Of a DNA stretch of 64,000 bases, positions 61,301 through 64,000 are shown one piece after another. Position 1 is the first letter of the stretch. Each line of letters starts with the position of its first letter. The stretch is taken from positions 604,183 to 668,182 of the forward strand of contig NMRA01000028.1 of NCBI GenBank assembly GCA_002633005.1, given 5' to 3'. The DNA comes from Phoronis australis (taxonomy: Eukaryota > Animalia > Phoronida). Under the pieces are notes generated by a model. The model had not been told where the DNA came from. It searched no databases and worked only from the letters and a program-made list of their open reading frames with translations. Made by a program: the position numbers and the translations under genes.

Positions 61301-63935
61301 TAGACAGGAATATAGAGTTTTATATAATTATGCCGTGATCATGTATTTTACACAGTTTGGTACATTTCGGGACACATTTTCTTTAACAAAGCATAGTTTT
61401 ACACATTTTATTTTTTTTTTAATTAATTTTCTGCAACATACTATGTATGTCTACACACTGCCAAACCAATAACAAATGGAATACAGACTAGCAACAGCAG
61501 GTTAACAGTCATTAAATGTTAGTGGTTATTACCACACTCCCTGGTACTATACCACCTCCTCCATCTACAAGTAGTTCTCAAATCACCCTTAATCAGGGCT
61601 TGGAATGACCCATGACATAAAAAGCGGAAATTTTTACGGCCCTAAACATGCGCGCACCCAGCCTTGAAAATGGGGGGGGACTCGAATTTTTGTCGATGTG
61701 TACCATAACATCAGAAGGACTAAAAAAAGGTACCACCTCCAGAAGCGTGCGTTTGCGTCTTTTTAACTCGTCCGTCCACTCCCACCTCCACACATTTTTG
61801 GCTGCAGAGTCGTAGTATTTGACACCGCGATTTACAATCTCACGAGACCCCATTGAAGAAAACCACGCTATCCAAGGTGCCCAGTAACGATGACAATTTA
61901 CGTTCCTCCGAAACATAAAGAGCAACTTCCGCTTTTTGAGGTGAAAGTAGTCGGCAACGCTGCGGTAATAAAGAAATTCGCCGCATATTTTATATCAAAT
62001 CCGATTTTTTTTTACGCGGAATTATAATAAAATACGCGGACAGAACATTTAACAAAAGCGGAAATCTTGAGTTTCCGTGGAAAATTCCAAGCCCTGCTTA
62101 ATCTTAACAGACATTAGAAGAATGAATCAACATCTCACCAAGTTTGGTTGAGAAGTGCATGCCTTCCTCAGGGTTCTTCTCTTCTCTACAATAACATCAC
62201 ATGAATCAGCATTAATACATCTGGCGGTGTTTTACATTACAATCAAATGCCCTGACCAATCATCGCCACAGATGATCACTATTAAATTAGATTCTAAACA
62301 TCCTATGTCCAGGCAGCACGTCTCTACTCTGGCAGTTTAAATCAAAAAGCACAAGTGGACTGATATGGTTATGAAGTACAACTACGTTGTGACATATCAT
62401 GCGCATGTGATATTTCATTTTATTTTACAAGACAGTCTGTTTTATGAGCCCGGAACGAAAACGGTGACGCCAACAGACATAGGAACTACACTTAAGTATC
62501 CGAGAAAATAGGCATAGGTGTCAATTACTGATACAAATTGCACAAATTATTTTCAGGCAGTGAAGTTGTTCTAATGATTCCATAACTAAATCAATATTGA
62601 ATAATTGTCAAGCAGCAGGGCGAGACCACATTTCTGTCTTAGGTCTCAAGTCAATTTTCAAAAAACAGACTCCAGAACTTCGCTCTACAGTCAATGACTT
62701 GAAAAAAAAACATCACCAGTGATATCTCGTCCCAAACATACAGGCAATTCACTTTACTAAAGACAGTTTACGGGCAGTTACGTAAGATATGTAGTGGAGC
62801 CCACTCACTTAGTGTTAGAGACTGCTTCCTCCAACAAACTGTCTTCTTCCAGTTCCTTAGTGCTGATCTCAGCTCTCACCTGTAAAACATTGTTGACTTC
62901 TTTAAATAACATTCATATCCACCACTCACAGTTTGGCTCCCAATAACAAAGAAGCACAACAGTTTGAAAGCATACATCATCACTCATTGGAACTGCTAAT
63001 CCCATGAACAATCATTTTTGATAATGTCCTAGAGACTTGGAGGAAGACTTGTAATGAGGCCAGTAAGCCATTGTAAACAGTTGGAATTTTGCAACATGAA
63101 CTTAACATGAACTACACTGCTTTCAATTTAAACTCGCATTATTGACACATCCACAATATCATGATCTAGGCTCATGTATACAATGACATCACTTCTGTTA
63201 ATTCAATTCAATACTTGACATGCCTGTATGTGGTACAAAGTGTGCTAACTCAGCCACCAATACCATCACAGTCTCCAACAGGGACATCAATCCTGTTGGG
63301 ACTTTGCAACATGAATCTAACATGAGGTGCGCTGCATTCAAATTAAACATCCTGAATAAAGTACTCTAGGCTTCTATACATACCAATATGTCATCATCAC
63401 TCATGTTTATTAATTTCAAGACTTGACAAATCCACATACTGTACGTAACGTGTTATCAAAGCTACCAATACCCTCATCCTCTCCTACACAGACAGTGGCA
63501 GATCTGTTTTTAGGAAGCTGAAGGTTTTAGGATTCGCACAAATCCAAGGCACATAGCACTGAGTGGGGGGAGGTCGGGAGGGGGTTTCCTCCTTCCCGTG
63601 TAAGATTTTTTTTTGTTTTTGTAGCTGTTTTCATTTTCCTAGTGACGTTTTTTTAATTTTTATTTTTGATCCTGTCCCTGGGTGGAGGGATTAAACCCCT
63701 TAAACTCCCACCCCAAATAAATCCGCCTCTGACGGGACATCACCCCTGTTTATTCATTCCAAGATTTGACACATCCATAGATTGTACAAAGTTTACTAGT
63801 ACAGCCATCAGTACCCTCACCTTCTCCAACAGGGCATAGTCCAGCCCCTTCACCAAGTGGGTGTGTTCCATGTCTCCACCCAAGTATTTGGACTCTTGAA
63901 TCAGCTGTTTACGCCGCTCCGCATAGTTCTCACCA
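52314..63935 (-). CDS. IK: Protein Red / IK (spliceosomal B-complex protein, SMU1 partner); 5' exons lie beyond the window
   Basis: Minus-strand exons: 63935-63821 (ERRKQLIQESKYLGGDMEHTHLVKGLDYALLEK), 62879-62809 (VRAEI), 62185-62139, 61102-60939 (RNELFLPGRMAYVFDLEDE...DVPTTLIRSKADCP), 60555-60450 (NDIVINKLTQILSYLRQG), 59586-59529, 59148-59017 and 56203-56095 (RD/RE dipeptide repeats, SYFEKP), 55515-55444, 55000-54891 (DSYAECYPG), 53692-53537 (DSDEEADYTKMDLGNKKGPVGRWDF), 52485-52314 (AAFQYGVKMSDGRKTR, TGA). Phases are consistent. Confidence 0.95.
53973..54522. mobile_element. hAT-like MITE with perfect 5-bp TSD CCAAC
   Basis: TIR CAGCGCTC / GAGCACTG with subterminal ATTTGGTGACC, GGTCACCAAAT and GTCGC motifs. 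Confidence 0.65.
56554..58627 (-). mobile_element. Second, inverted copy of the same HINE-like family in an IK intron
   Basis: Both ends match the reverse complement of the 14569-16334 element (AACAAGAACAACGCAGAGTGCTGGAATGTGCCCAC...; CATAATGTGCCCACATATAAATATGTGGACACATAAAAA), with the same internal subunits. Confidence 0.75.
59640..60455. repeat. 38-39-bp minisatellite (about 13 units, split by a ~300-bp insert) starting at an IK splice donor
   Basis: Plus-strand unit CATACCTTTGTCTTGTTATAATATAACAGTGAGTAATG; arrays at about 59640-59996 and 60300-60455. Confidence 0.9.
61594..62096. mobile_element. Inverted copy of the 47059 MITE with a perfect 6-bp TSD
   Basis: TIR CAGGGCTTGGAAT / ATTCCAAGCCCTG, CTTAAT on both flanks; the interior is colinear with the reverse complement of 47059-47570. 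Confidence 0.8.
63493..63731. mobile_element. Short hAT-like MITE
   Basis: TIR CAGTGGCAGAT / ATCCGCCTCTG, flanks ACAGA/ACGGG; it interrupts an older tandem repeat. Confidence 0.5.
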
Positions 63936-64000
63936 CTGAAAACAAAAAACAACTTGCAATGTCCCACAATGCAGTGCAGCTAATGCATCTGTCAAAACTG

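Overview
AT-rich, intron-rich genomic DNA from an invertebrate animal (probably a marine bilaterian; the species cannot be read from sequence). It is a draft assembly with N gap marks at about 11920, 13212, 17514, 39830 and 42593. Three spliced genes can be assembled by hand with phase-consistent GT-AG introns. (1) A SPATA13/ARHGEF4/ARHGEF9-family SH3-DH-PH RhoGEF on +, 3637-24843, 5' end unresolved. (2) The chromokinesin KIF4 on +, 31488-50789; five of its exons appear twice across a gap, most likely as uncollapsed haplotypes. (3) The spliceosomal protein IK/RED on -, 52314-63935, convergent with KIF4 and 5'-truncated by the window. Introns hold many non-autonomous DNA transposons (hAT-like with 5-6 bp TSDs, Harbinger, Sola2-like, Kolobok-like, Helentron-associated). 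Three observations stand out: a Helentron-type element whose ~145-bp internal repeat carries one co-oriented CTCF-like motif per unit (two inverted copies flank KIF4); repeated tandem duplications that start at or span real splice junctions; and a KIF4 motor domain that lacks loop L5. All calls come from reading the sequence and recalled family knowledge; no database search was run.
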